Source: Oikopleura dioica (Eukaryota; Animalia; Chordata). From it: a DNA stretch of 64,000 nt. The position numbers and the translations under genes are program-made. The stretch is taken from positions 1,984,001 to 2,048,000 of the forward strand of contig OU015568.1 in the NCBI GenBank assembly GCA_907165135.1, in the 5' to 3' direction. Each line of letters starts with the position of its first letter. Position 1 is the stretch's first letter. Below, in pieces: positions 46,859 through 58,995 of the stretch. Below the pieces are notes generated by a model, which ran no database searches, was not told the origin of the DNA, and saw nothing but the letters and a program-made list of their open reading frames with translations.

Positions 46859-47250
46859 AAGATGTTGTAAAATTAAATTTTAACAAAATAAAACACTCAC
46901 AATTGAACAAGACTAAGTCGTTACAAGCACTGAATAACAATAATCAATCTCGATAAGAAGACAATTTATGTGTGGTTTTATGACGGAAGAAAAATTATGG
47001 TCTCGAACTTTTGTAGAAAAAAGCAAGTTTGTTCTGGCGCCAAAGCGTGAAAAAAGATGAACTTTCCCGCGCGCTGCGATTGGCCAAAACCTGGCGCTTT
47101 CCAATTTTATGCTTCGAGAATTGAGAGAAAAGAGGATGACCTGAATTGCTGATTCTAATCAATTTAGAGAATACTTGAAAACTGCTGCTCATTTCGCGTG
47201 AACATAGAAATTAAGAAACCAATTTTACTTTCTAGAGAAATCGTCGGCAG

Positions 47251-49068
47251 ATGACTTTTCGAGATCAGTTGAGATCGTACGGTCGGTACCATGCCATCGC
47301 CTTTTTCGGTACATTCATCACTTATGCCTTCTTCCACGCTTCTCGAAAAACCCTCAGTAATTCGAAGGATTCTATCTCCCTTTTCTGGACCAACCCCGAA
47401 TTCAATTCTACCTGGCCAGCTCCGTAAGTCCTTCATCTACTTTTTCTGTCCTTACAAAAGAGAAATTTAGAAATGACATGAAGAATTGGGCGAAAAATGC
47501 GATGTTCGAGAGCTACGAAGATGCTTCTGTTTATTTGGGCGTTTTAGACACGACTTTTATGGCATGCTATTCGATCGGGCTGTTTATTTCCGGATGGATT
47601 GGTGAACGAGTCGAGGTAAATAACTGATTTCCTTCTTCAACGTAATGAAAATTTCTAGCTGCGAAAATTTCTCGCTTTTGGAACGCTCCTAAATGCCTTG
47701 ACTCTCTTCACATTCGGCTGCATTCTTCCCTGGACAAACTGCACTTCGAAATTCCTCTGGGCTCTCGTCTGGGGCCTTAATGGCTTCTCCCAATCAACAG
47801 GCTGGCCGACGGTTGTTTCTATCATGGGAAATTGGTTTGGCATGGAAGGAAGAGGTCTGATTCTTGGAGTTTGGTCCGCCTGCCAGAGCGTCGGAAACAT
47901 CATGGGAGCGATGATGGTGAATGACTTTCTCGAGTATGGTTTTGATATGAGCTTTTTGTTCGTTTCCTGCTGCTTGCTTTGCCTCTCAGGTAAAGAGTAG
48001 GATTGACGCTTTCTTGTTAATTTATGATAAAAGGGATCATCTTCGTTTCCATGGTCGACCATCCCAAAATGGTTGGCCTCCCTTCTGTAGACGGAGACGA
48101 AGAACAAGACGACCAGGTTGCGATTATGGACGATCAGGACAATCCGCTAGACGATACACTTGAAGATCCACCATCCGTCAAAATTACGACTCATGGCCAA
48201 GCCGTTACTTTTTTCGACGCAATCAAGGTTTTCTTCTTTCTGCCGATTTCTATTGAGCATTTTTTTTCTAGCTTCCTGGAGTGGCCGAGTATAGCATCAG
48301 TTATTTCGCCCTGAAACTAGTCAACTACAGTTTCTTCTTTTGGCTGCCGTACTACATTCACAATGTCTTTCACTGGCCCGATAGTGAGTCGAATTCGGTT
48401 TCAATTTGGTTCGACGTTGGTGGAATCATTGGAGGCGTCGTTGGTGGAGTAGGCAGCGATCTTTGGGGACTCAGGAACAGTTTGAAAATCCTTTTTCTTT
48501 CGTATCGTTTCCGGGTGTTGAAAAACTGAAAAAAGATCACCTGTTGTCTTTGGAATGGCTCTTTCTGCGGTTCCAAGTCTCGTTGGGCTCAATAACTCGC
48601 CTCCAACAAAAGCTGCTGCAAGTTCTCTCATGGCGCTCGTCGGCTTTTTCGTCGGTGGAGCTTCCAACATTATCGGTGCTGCTTGCGCCGCAGGTACTCT
48701 AGAATAAATCAACGTTTCTTCAACCTGTTTTTCTAGACCTCGGAAAAGCCGCGATTGAAAATGGCATGCCCTCAGCAGTCGCCATTGTCACAGGAATCAT
48801 CGACGGAACTGGCTCTGTCGGAGCAGCAGTTGGGCAAATCGCCATTCCAGAGATTGAAAACAACTTTGGGTGGAGTAAGGTTTTCTACATGTTCATGGCG
48901 GCTGGGCTGATCTCTGCAGTGGCTCTGATTCCCGTTGTTTACCGAGAAATCAAGCGAAGCAGGAGGAGTTCAAGTTCGAACGAGGAAGAGTCGAGAGTGG
49001 AGCATTTAGAAGATTCCGGGAGGTTTCAAAATAAAACGACTAGTATTCCGCTTTTCGAAATCGGCTAG
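47251..49068 (+). CDS. SLC37A3: Sugar-phosphate exchanger SLC37A3-like (MFS)
   Basis: YAFFHASRKTLSN, LNGFSQSTGWPTVVSIMGNWFG, ACQSVGNIMG, LKLVNYSFFFWLPYY, VTGIIDGTGSVGAAVGQ. Confidence 0.88.
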
Positions 49069-49627
49069 TTAGTAATTAGCGAGCCTTATTTAGTAGTAAT
49101 CCTATTCCTACCTAGTATAAGTTCAAGCATTGACGATGCTGCATTGTACAATTATAAATCTGTAAATCTGCCAATTCTTTAGCTCAAAGTTGCAATATAG
49201 TCAATTTTACCTATCAACCAGGTTGATTCAACCTAATTTTACCTATTTCTAAATCCGTTTTTATGTGAAAAATTTTGAAATCTTGAAAAAGACCTCAACG
49301 AATAATTCCACATTTCTGCACTTCTGCGATCGATGATCAGCTGTTTCATTTTTTTTTCAATTCAAGTCTGTTGCATTCATCTTTACTTCTATTTACTTAA
49401 TTCTTGTACCAGCTACTGTAGTACCTACTACTGATAGTGTATCAGCCGAGGTTCTTTTTCAACATTCAATTTTTCGCCCAGATCTTACCTTTTTTACCAT
49501 TTTTCATCATTTTTTATCGTATTAAAAGTTTATTCATGAAAGAATAATATATTCAATAAAAGAACACAATCAACCCAACCCACTTTTTAAAGGAAAATGA
49601 ACAGCGCGCACTAGTAGCTGCTCGAAA

Positions 49628-52600
49628 ATGGCGCAAAGTTGGTCGGAATTATGGGCTCACTCGGGATGGGTTGAGCTCTTTGTTGCGGCGCTGATCATTT
49701 TCATCACGACATCGGCGATTCTCTTCATTCCTTCGAAGAAAAACGAGGGCGAGGATGCGAATGGGAATACGAGAGAGGATAAGAGTGGAGAAAACTCAAC
49801 GCCGCCCGAGTCGGATGAGACGAAAAACAAGCTTCCACGGCAATATCGTCGAGTAACTACTTAATTCTTCGAGAAACAGACTTATTCTGATTCTAGCTCA
49901 AACGACAAGCGACGAAGAAGTTCGACGAGTTTAAACGCGCAACGCATTCGAAAATTATCAGTATTCATGATAAACTAAGAGACGGTTTACCTACCGGTAA
50001 TCAGAGTTATTCAATTCACTTACCAGTACAGTTACACTCACATTTACCCACAGTATCACAGTTAATTTAATCTCACGAATAGAATACAAGAGTTGAAATG
50101 GTTGTGGTTCAAATTAAAAATCACTGATTCGGAATGATTCATTTTGCCAAGTTGATCAAGTAATTACTGCATGGATCTTTTCTGACTAGCACTAGAATCG
50201 AAAGAACTAACGGGTCTTTTTCTCTTCTCTAGGTCAACCGTACTTCAATATTCCTAAGATCTCGCACTCTGGTAGACCACTAACGCAAAAGGTACAGAAT
50301 TCGCATGAAAAAACTCTAACGATTCTCTCTTCCTCTATTATTTTATCTTCAGCCCCTTCTTCTTTCAGGAACGAACTCAAATTCTCCTGAAAAAGCTCCT
50401 GCAGCTTGAAAAAGAACCCGAGCACCTCCTGGTCAAGCAGATTCCGGAGTATTTATTGAAAGGATCTGAAGTGGAAACTGATGATCGATTGCCTTCCGAG
50501 TTCCAGTTTTTGCTCAAAACTGTCCGAGTTTTTGGACACTTTGACAAGCCGGTGTTTCTGTCGCTCTGTAAACACATGAAAGTACAAGAGCTCAAGCAAG
50601 ATGAGTACTTGTTCAAGATCGGGGACAAGGACGAGTGGATTTACGTTGTCCAGGTACAGTACCACGGTGTTTTCATCTTTCATTTTTCACTAGACTGGCG
50701 CAATTGACCTCTTCGTCCAGCAAGGAAGCCATGAAAAGCTTATCGCAGAAGTCCGCCCTGGGGAGTCCATCGCGTCTCTTCTCTCTGTTCTTGATGTCCT
50801 TACAGGACACGCAGCACCATACAAGACCGTTTCCGCAAAAGCCCGCGTAACATCGACGATTATCAAGTTGCCAGCGAGCTCGATTCTCAAAGAGTTTGAA
50901 AACTTTCCCGCCAGTTTGGTTCGGATTGTCCAAATGATCATGCTTCGTCTCCAGCGAGTGACCTTCCTCGCGCTTCATGACTATCTCGGTTTATCTGAAG
51001 AATTGATCGATGCGCAGGCGAAATCGTCTCTTCATCGAACTCCTTCGCGAAACAGCAGCTTACGAACCTCTGTGTCTTCCGACGAAATGAACGGGCCTCT
51101 GAACTCACCAGAAACCCCAAATCGCAACGAAAAAACTCACTCTCTTCGACGAACAAGCTCGTTTTCCAGCCGAAGACCGCGTTTCAACGAAGTAGCAACA
51201 GTATTCGAAACGGCCGAGGATGGAGTTTCAGAACCAGCAACTTACAAACAAGGCAAAAATGACAACAATGATTTCAACAACGCGATTGAACGAGCCTTCT
51301 GCCGCGACACCGATGACAATCTGTCCGATTCCGCCATCAAGGAGCATCCAAAGAGTCCAAAATCTCCTCAACCAAGGAAGAATCCAAATCAAAACCGCCG
51401 TGAAAGTTTTCTTCCTTTCTTCGACGAGGAAATGTTTGAAGACGCCGTTTCCGAGCTTGCTGATATCTTTGGCTTAGAGAACACTGATGCGATTACTGAT
51501 AAATTGGATATGGCGAAAGTCGAAGGAGGAACGGTCATCTGCGACGAGGGCGATCAAGACCTCTGCCTGTACTACATAGTTTCTGGCTGCCTTGTCGCTC
51601 AGCAGCGCTGTGGCGATCGGTCTGCAACGCTTTACGAAGCTACGAGAGGCTCGATCTCCGGCCAATTGAGTGTTCTCACAGGCGAGCCAACATTCTTTAA
51701 AACGACGGCGAGGGAAAACTCAATCCTCTTGAAGATGCAAAAGTCTGACTTTTACGCTCTTATGCGCGACTACCCCCGCGTGGTTTTGAATCTAGCCGCC
51801 ACTGTAGTCTCTCGACTGTCGAAATTCGTCCGACAAATTGACTTCGCGCTCGATTGGGTGCAATATGAAGCTGGGCAAAAACTTTTTGCGGAAAATGAAC
51901 AAGCGGATTGCATCTACATTGTCCTAAGTGGTCGGTTGAGAGGAGTGAAGGAAGACGGAATCGTCTGCGAGTTTGGAAGGGGAGAGACTGTCGGACTTAT
52001 GGATCTCTTCCGATCCCGGGTGAGAACTCTTTCGGTCCATGCTGTTCGAGACACGGAGGTTGCCAAGATTCCAGCTGCGCTGATGGAGCATATCAAACGC
52101 CTCTTTCCGTCAACGATTCAGAACATCATTGCGCTTATGACAGACCAAGTAGCCATCAATCACAGCAATCGTCTCATGGCTAATCAGCAGAACATCTTCA
52201 ACAAGGAAACATACGGTGGCCTAGCAAATCAGCTCGCAAATGTATCAACTGTCGCAGTCCTTACTTCTGATCCTGACGTGCCGCTAGAAATTTTCTCTAT
52301 AGAAATTTCAAACGCTTTGAACGCACATGGAAAGGTGCAGCGATTGGCAAGTGATTTGGTCAAGCGACGACTGGGCGAGAGGATCTTTGAAGTCCAAAAT
52401 GAATTTCGCTTGACAACATGGCTCGGGCAGCAGGAAGATATTCACAGAGTAACGATCTACCAGTGCGACGAGAAGCTGACGGAGTGGACAAAGAGGTGCT
52501 TGAGACAGGCTGATTGTATTTTGGTCGTTGCTCTTGGCGGCTCAAAGTCGAAGATGGGCAGTTTGGAGAAGGAAATTGAAAACTTCGCGACAAGAGCATT

Positions 52601-54263
52601 GAAAGGTAAGAAACCCTTCCGGTTGAAATTTCAACTGTTCAGTTTTGGTTTTGCTCCACAATGAAGAAGCAGAAACTCCTTACAAGACTGCCGAGTGGCT
52701 CAACATCCGCGGATGGTTAACAACACATTTCCACGTAAAAGTGCCTTCTTTGATGATGAAACGAAATGCTACGCGCTTGAGGAAAGAAGTTTTGCTCAAA
52801 ATTCGAGAGAAGAATGAAAGCCCATTTTCTGACTTTTCCCGTTTGGCGCGATTTATCACTGGACGATCTATTGGTGTCGTATTTGGTGGAGGAGGTGCGC
52901 GAGGAGTCACACAGGTTTTAAAAGGTCTTGAAAGAATTGAAATTACTTTCATTTAGATTGCATTTATTGAACAGCTGATTGCAAAAGGAATTCCTATTGA
53001 TATGGTTGGTGGGACTTCGATTGGGTCACTAGTTGGCGCACTCTATGCGAAGTATAGAAATGTAGAGACCATGAATGTGCATATGAAAGACTTCTGCAAG
53101 AGAATGTCATCTTTGTTTGCGAAGATTTTGGATATCACGTATCCCATTACAGGAATGGACAAGCTAACGGATTTTACCTACCTGATTTTCCTTTTGCTGA
53201 TTAATTCTCACGGAAAAAGGAATTTTGTTTTGCCATAATATCAGTTGCTAAAAACATTTATGGTTGTCCATTTAAAAAGCGATGTTCAGCGGACGCGGCT
53301 TCAACCGAGAAATTCAGCAAACTCTGATGGAAACGCAAATCGAAGATCTTTGGATCCCCTACTTTGCCATTTCTACAGATCTTACTAAACAAAGAATGCG
53401 TGTCCATACGTATGGAAGTCTATGGAGATATGTAAGGGGTTCAATGACACTGACTGGTTATTTGCCACCGATGTGCGATCCAAGAGATGGTCACTATTTG
53501 GTCGATGGAGGTTACATAAATAATTTGCCGGTGGATGTTGCCAAAACGAGAGGAGCGAATATTGTTCTAGCAATCGGTAGGTTTTCTTAGATTTCTCTGA
53601 AAAACATGTTTTATCAAAAGATGTTGGCGCTCGAGAATCCGCAGATCTGTACAACTACGGCGACTACATCTCCGGTTGGTATCTTCTTTGGCAAAAGTGG
53701 TGGCCCTGGGCAAAGACTCTCCGAATCCCAGATCTCAACGAGATCCAGTCACGACTGGCATACATCGCAAACAACCATCTCCTCGAAGAATTCATCAACA
53801 ACGATGAATGCGTTTACTTACGCTGCGATAACATTGAAAAATTCGCGACAATGGGTAAGTGCCCATGGTACAAGCAGTCGACTGCTCTCGTCAATATCTT
53901 TAGATTTCGATAAATTTGGGCCGATCTACGAGTTTGGGCGAGAAAATGCTTCTGGACTCCTGACCGATGAGATTGTTGAAAACGTCAAAAGTACCTTTTC
54001 CGACGTTTCAAGAACGATGATAAAGAAAAAGACAAAACGATCGCCAACGTTTGTAGGAACGTTGGATACCTTTTTGACAATTTTCTTATTCAATAAGACT
54101 TATTGAAACGGAAATGTATCCAAGAAAAGACCTTGCCGCTGTTTTTGAAAAGCTCCCGACTCCACTAAAGACATCCGTTTCGCGAGCTTTTCTCTCTGAA
54201 CACTCGGAAAACGAGGACGAGGATGCGCATCATCGGCTCAACCACGGCTACATATCTGGCTAG
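49628..54263 (+). CDS. PNPLA6: Neuropathy target esterase / swiss cheese (cNMP-binding domains plus patatin)
   Basis: N-terminal TM, three cNMP-type regions, patatin motifs GGGGARG, GGTSIGS (GxSxG) and [14 protein letters not shown]6 and PNPLA7 cannot be distinguished. Confidence 0.92.
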
Positions 54264-54394
54264 CTGCTCACAGAAGTATCACTGTACTTATATATCTTCC
54301 CGATCACCCAGACCTTACACACTGTTGTTTGAATCTACCTCTGACAGAAAACGAGATGTTGAAATATATATAAAATTTTTATTTAAATAGCGAT

Positions 54395-54908
54395 TCATTC
54401 GAAGTTATTGTTGTAAATTAACTTTGTCTTCGACTTTCTTGACTTTTCTTTGATTGGTTTTTCATCGAGCTGTTTCTCGTGAAATGCTTCTAAAACGCCT
54501 TGAGAATTGATGATCTTTTTGGCCCAGGCAGCAATCGCAAAAGCAGCGTAGGCTTTTCCAGCAGTAAAGATAAACCCTGAATTCTTTGAATTCCTTGTAA
54601 GAAATGGTTAATTTTACCTGAGAAGGAACCAGGGTAGAGATCCTGTAGCCAGTTTAGAACAAAAATATGAATTCCAGTTGACAAAAACGCATCAAACAAA
54701 TACTTCATGTTGGAAGCCATCTGTTTCAGGATACTACAGCACCACTCAGGCCTTTAAAAATATCGTCGATACTCAAAATCGAAATATTGCCTTACCGATC
54801 AACCGGGAGAATGAAGACAACAACGCCAAGTGTGATCATAAAAATCAAGCATCGAAGAAATTGTGGAAGAACATCGGCGCTAATTGATAGATTCTTCTCC
54901 TTCGCCAT
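54395..54908 (-). CDS. Small multi-pass membrane protein, unknown function
   Basis: Manual splice across two short GT-AG introns gives MAKEKNLSISADVLPQFLRCLIFMITLGVVVFILPVDRPEW...FIFTAGKAYAAFAIAAWAKK...KSRKSKTK. Confidence 0.5.
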
Positions 54909-55039
54909 TTTGCTTTTCTTGTAAACTGAAGTTTTCTTCCTTGTTTGTTTGGAAAGATCGTTACTGTTCTAGAGACAATCTCTAGAAAGCCAATCAATCA
55001 ACAAGTTTTGTTTCTTATTGTGGCAGAAAAGAGAAAGAC

Positions 55040-56555
55040 ATGGGAGCTTCTCCGAAGAAAAAAGTATCCTACGATGCGCTGGAAGAAATGAAGAAACGAA
55101 TCGCTGCCAAGGAATCTATCCGCAATTCCCTAGGAACTGTTCAAAGAAAGAATTGAGAGACAAACTTAATTGCTTTTGTGAGCATATAAAAGACCGGAAA
55201 GATAAGCTTCGGCTAGCGATTATGCTGGTCATGAGTCTGATTTTCGTCCTTTCTGTTTTCGGACTCGCTGTTTTGAAATCTACTTCTGAAATTACCGCTA
55301 CCGCTACTGTTGCTCCCACTGCTGCTCCACTGACAACGACCCGTAAGTCTTCTTGATCCTCTCTTTCTATTTTTCATTCTTCAGCTGCTTGGAGACCGTG
55401 GCCAAACACGCCCTACGAGCTATATGCCTACTATCACTGCGGAGTGAATCCAGCATTATCACTCGCCAATGTCACTCCCGATAAAAACGCAAAAGTCACC
55501 GACTGGCCAATGCTCGTTACAGTCACTCGAGCTTCCTGTGGTGGGGGAGCTTCTTGTAATCTAACACTAGAATCGACAGTTGTTACGAATGTCTGCATGG
55601 GAGTGGCTGTTGATAGGTGAGTCGTCCAAAATCAAGGAGGAAAATCGTGGTAATCAACGAGTTTTAAGCCGGACGATTTGGGCAAGAGCAAGTTGTTTAC
55701 AGCCGAATGGAAGAGAAAATCTTCAGAATTATCCTCTCGCAACAGGAACTCGTATTCTCTCACGCTTTTCTTCATCTTTAAAAACAATGAGAACCCGGCT
55801 AGATGAGGATAATTTCTATGTCATCACCGGCCAAAACCTCGAACTAACAACGCTGAAAGAGAACTCTCTCCTTGCCATCGAATCTCTTTGGCCTTCGAGT
55901 CAATACAACACGACCATGGATTTTTCGAATTTCCAGCAGAACGATCTTCTCATTCTCCGCACCAAAATTGACATGACTGATTTCGTCCCTGCCTGCATCC
56001 CTGACCTGCAGCAAGATGCAAACGCGGCCGGACAGGTGCCCAAGAAATGCTGGTTTATCGGACTAAATGGATATGGAGGAGCTTTTCAGGTTCCGGCGAC
56101 GATGCTGGGCGATTCAGAGGAATCGTTTCGCAAAAATAACTTGAAATTCACGAAGAGAATTTCTGAAACTTTGAAAAGTGCAATGATAATTTTATTCTGA
56201 ATAACAAGCTTGATTTTACGAATCAATTCTGCGCCAAGGCTATTTCGGACTTTGACAAAATTGCATGCGGAAAGGACTTCATTTTTGCATGCGACTACGA
56301 GACTCAATTTGGTGATCGAAAACTGGTTGCTTTTGGAAACATGATTTATCACCCTTTTCAAGACTGCACCCATTTGGATAATATCTTCATCTTCAACAGG
56401 TAATCAAAACTCACCCCATTTTTTTCTTATACTACTGATATAATATCAGGTTTGCTTATGAATACGAAATGCTCTGCTGTGGACAGACTGAAGAGCCAAA
56501 ATATGGACCCTGTATTTATGTCAACTGCACTGAACAACCTTTGAGCTACCCATGA
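55040..56555 (+). CDS. Type-II membrane trypsin-fold protease homolog, probably inactive
   Basis: TM helix LAIMLVMSLIFVLSVFGLAVL and a Thr-rich stalk. WPMLVTV..SCGG, QNDLLILR and DFVPACIP...KCWFIG follow the trypsin pattern, but the AAHC and GDSGGP motifs are missing. Confidence 0.6.
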
Positions 56556-56789
56556 ATAAAGCCACATTTTATGAAGATTTATTGTCTTTTTGTTGAAGAA
56601 TGAAGGTTAGTTACACTCACACCCGGCGAATTTGACGGCGAAATTGTTGCAAATTGATTACTGCTTCCACTAAAACGATGAAATGAGAATTGATTGCTAA
56701 GAGATAGATTAGTGGTGATTTCTAAAGAATAATCAAGTTGGGAATCACACCAAACTTTTCTAATTGTTGTCAACGAGTTTTTAAATGCG

Positions 56790-57430
56790 CTAATTGACGG
56801 CGGCAATATTCCACCAACCATCGCCGTTGATTTCGTTCTCCATCTCAGTATCCGCATTTTGCACGTGTAGTTTTATTTCTCGAAGCGATGTTTCCTAGAA
56901 TTGTGGAGATCAAAAAGCTTCAAAAGGGGCGAACCTGAATTTCCCCTCCGAGCAAAATTTCGTCCAAAACAGCGTGGACTCGTTCGAAATTGAAGATAAC
57001 GTCGAGCTCGCAAACGTTTCCAAAGTAACGATCAAGCGCTAGAAAAGCATTACAGCGCTAGCAAGACGAAAGAATATACCTTCGACAATTCTATGGATTA
57101 AAGCAAGCGCTAAAAGCTCATTTTCATCCTCATCTACTCCAATGCAAAAGAACAGGGAAGCATATCGTTTATAAATATATTTAACGCCTTGAATTCATCT
57201 ATAAATTCAGCGCAGAAGTTCAATAAAAAAACCTTTATGGTGGAAAATATTCGAATAGTTTCCATTTCTATTCAATGCCATTTGTATCACTTCATGGTTC
57301 GTTTTATTTCTTCAAATTTTATCATTCAGTTTTTTCTTCCTTCTCACCTTATTTTTTCAGGCACACTTAGGAACCATTTGCTAAGTCTCAACCTTCCATG
57401 CCTTGAAAAAAGAATGACGCTTCTGTACAT
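56790..57430 (-). CDS. AP1S: Clathrin adaptor complex small (sigma) subunit, AP1S-like
   Basis: Manual splice: [20 protein letters not shown]...[22 protein letters not shown]...[38 protein letters not shown]. Missed by the ORF track because of introns. Confidence 0.85.
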
Positions 57431-57729
57431 TCTCTGCGAGTTTTAATTCACTAACAGAACAATAAATTTTCTCTCTCTTTTGTCTTTCGGTTTTTATCAG
57501 TCCTAACTGCGCCCTGGAAAAATGTCAAAGAAAAGGAAGAATTAATCAAATGTTTATTTCACAGGGAGCTACGCTTTGCCCGGATCGTATTTATGAATTT
57601 TATGACTCAGGGAGTGTGTAATATCGCAAACGAAGAGTTATTGTTCTTTTTAACGCTTGAATTTCCTCTTGGTCAAAACAAAGAGCTCTCCATTATGGAC
57701 TCATAATAGAAAAAAGGGAAGACTGCAGA

Positions 57730-58681
57730 TTATTGAGCTACCGGGCGGAGCAAGATGAAGGAGAAAAGAATGAACAGAAAACTCGCAAGCATAATCAATG
57801 ATACAAAAAGCTTTTCCCTTGCTTCTTTCATGATCGGATGGTCGTTCCAATTTCTCCGGCGCCATTCAACATTCGATCCGGAAGCGTTTTCCATCGGAAG
57901 GGGGATCTCGGGAATCGGTTTGTTGAGAAATTTCGCAAGAGGCTCCCAACCATCTTAATTTCCTTCATAAAAGATTCGTTGATTGCATTTACCTTTGACA
58001 TTCCACACAAGAAGCCGAGAAGCCGGAACACTTCTGGTTACCCGTAAAATATGATCGTTGTAATTTTCGATCATCATTGCTTTGTTCTCGATGAAAAATC
58101 TTTCATACTCTTCTTGAAAGCAAAAGTCAAAGCCCGGTTTTATTTTGAGGAATCTCTCCATCCAAAGCTGCACTAGAATGACGAATTATTCATGAAACAG
58201 TTGGACTCGGTAGTCTTACTGATTTTCATTTGTCGCTTGGCTGTTTTGCCCATAAAACCAAACGACATCAGAAAAAGCAAAAGCCAAAAGGGAAAAATTC
58301 CACCGATGGAATATTTTCTCAGACTTCGTACCCATCGCAGTCGCGATTCGAACCACTGCTCTCCTGAATCTCGAACTGTCAGAATCACCTTGGCTTTTGG
58401 ACAATGCGTGACAAATTCTCGCCAATATAGGGTTGATGGAACATCTTGGTTTGCGTTGTAGCCTCGCTTTTTGTACTCTCTAAGAAAACGTATTGAAATC
58501 GCAATAGAAAATCTTACCGAAGAATTCGAGAAAAGGGAATCTTTCTCTCCATTATTCTCAGCCATGTTTTGTTCATTTCCACATTTTCCATCAAATCGGC
58601 GACTTTGTATCCAAAGTGATTCAAACAGGCCGACAAGGTTTTTGACCCTGTTTTCGGAAAACCAACGCATATTACTTTCAT
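57730..58681 (-). CDS. Sulfotransferase-like P-loop protein (Sulfotransfer_4 type) with hydrophobic segments
   Basis: MKVICVGFPKTGSKTL, DVPSTLYWREF..CPKAKVILTVRDSGEQWFES, LLVWNVK..GWEPLAKFL, C-terminal TM. Confidence 0.8.
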
Positions 58682-58995
58682 TTTCTCGATTTTGTTTTTG
58701 AAGAAGAAGAACTTTCGTAAATCCAAATTCATTCTATGCTTCAGTAGAGCGTGAAATAACTCAAATTGATATAGAATTATGTTGAATCTAAGGTACCTTA
58801 GCGGTAGCTAGATCTTTTCGAAGATAAGTGAGATACAAGCTGTGATTTCTCGAGCGATATCTTTATCCACCTGTGACGCTATTTATTTACTGGTTCGATG
58901 ATGCATCTCATTCAGATTCCAAATTTCACAGTTTTCGCGACAATATAAATTCGAGTTTCAAATCGAATTTTAGCGAATTTCAATTTTCAAACAAA

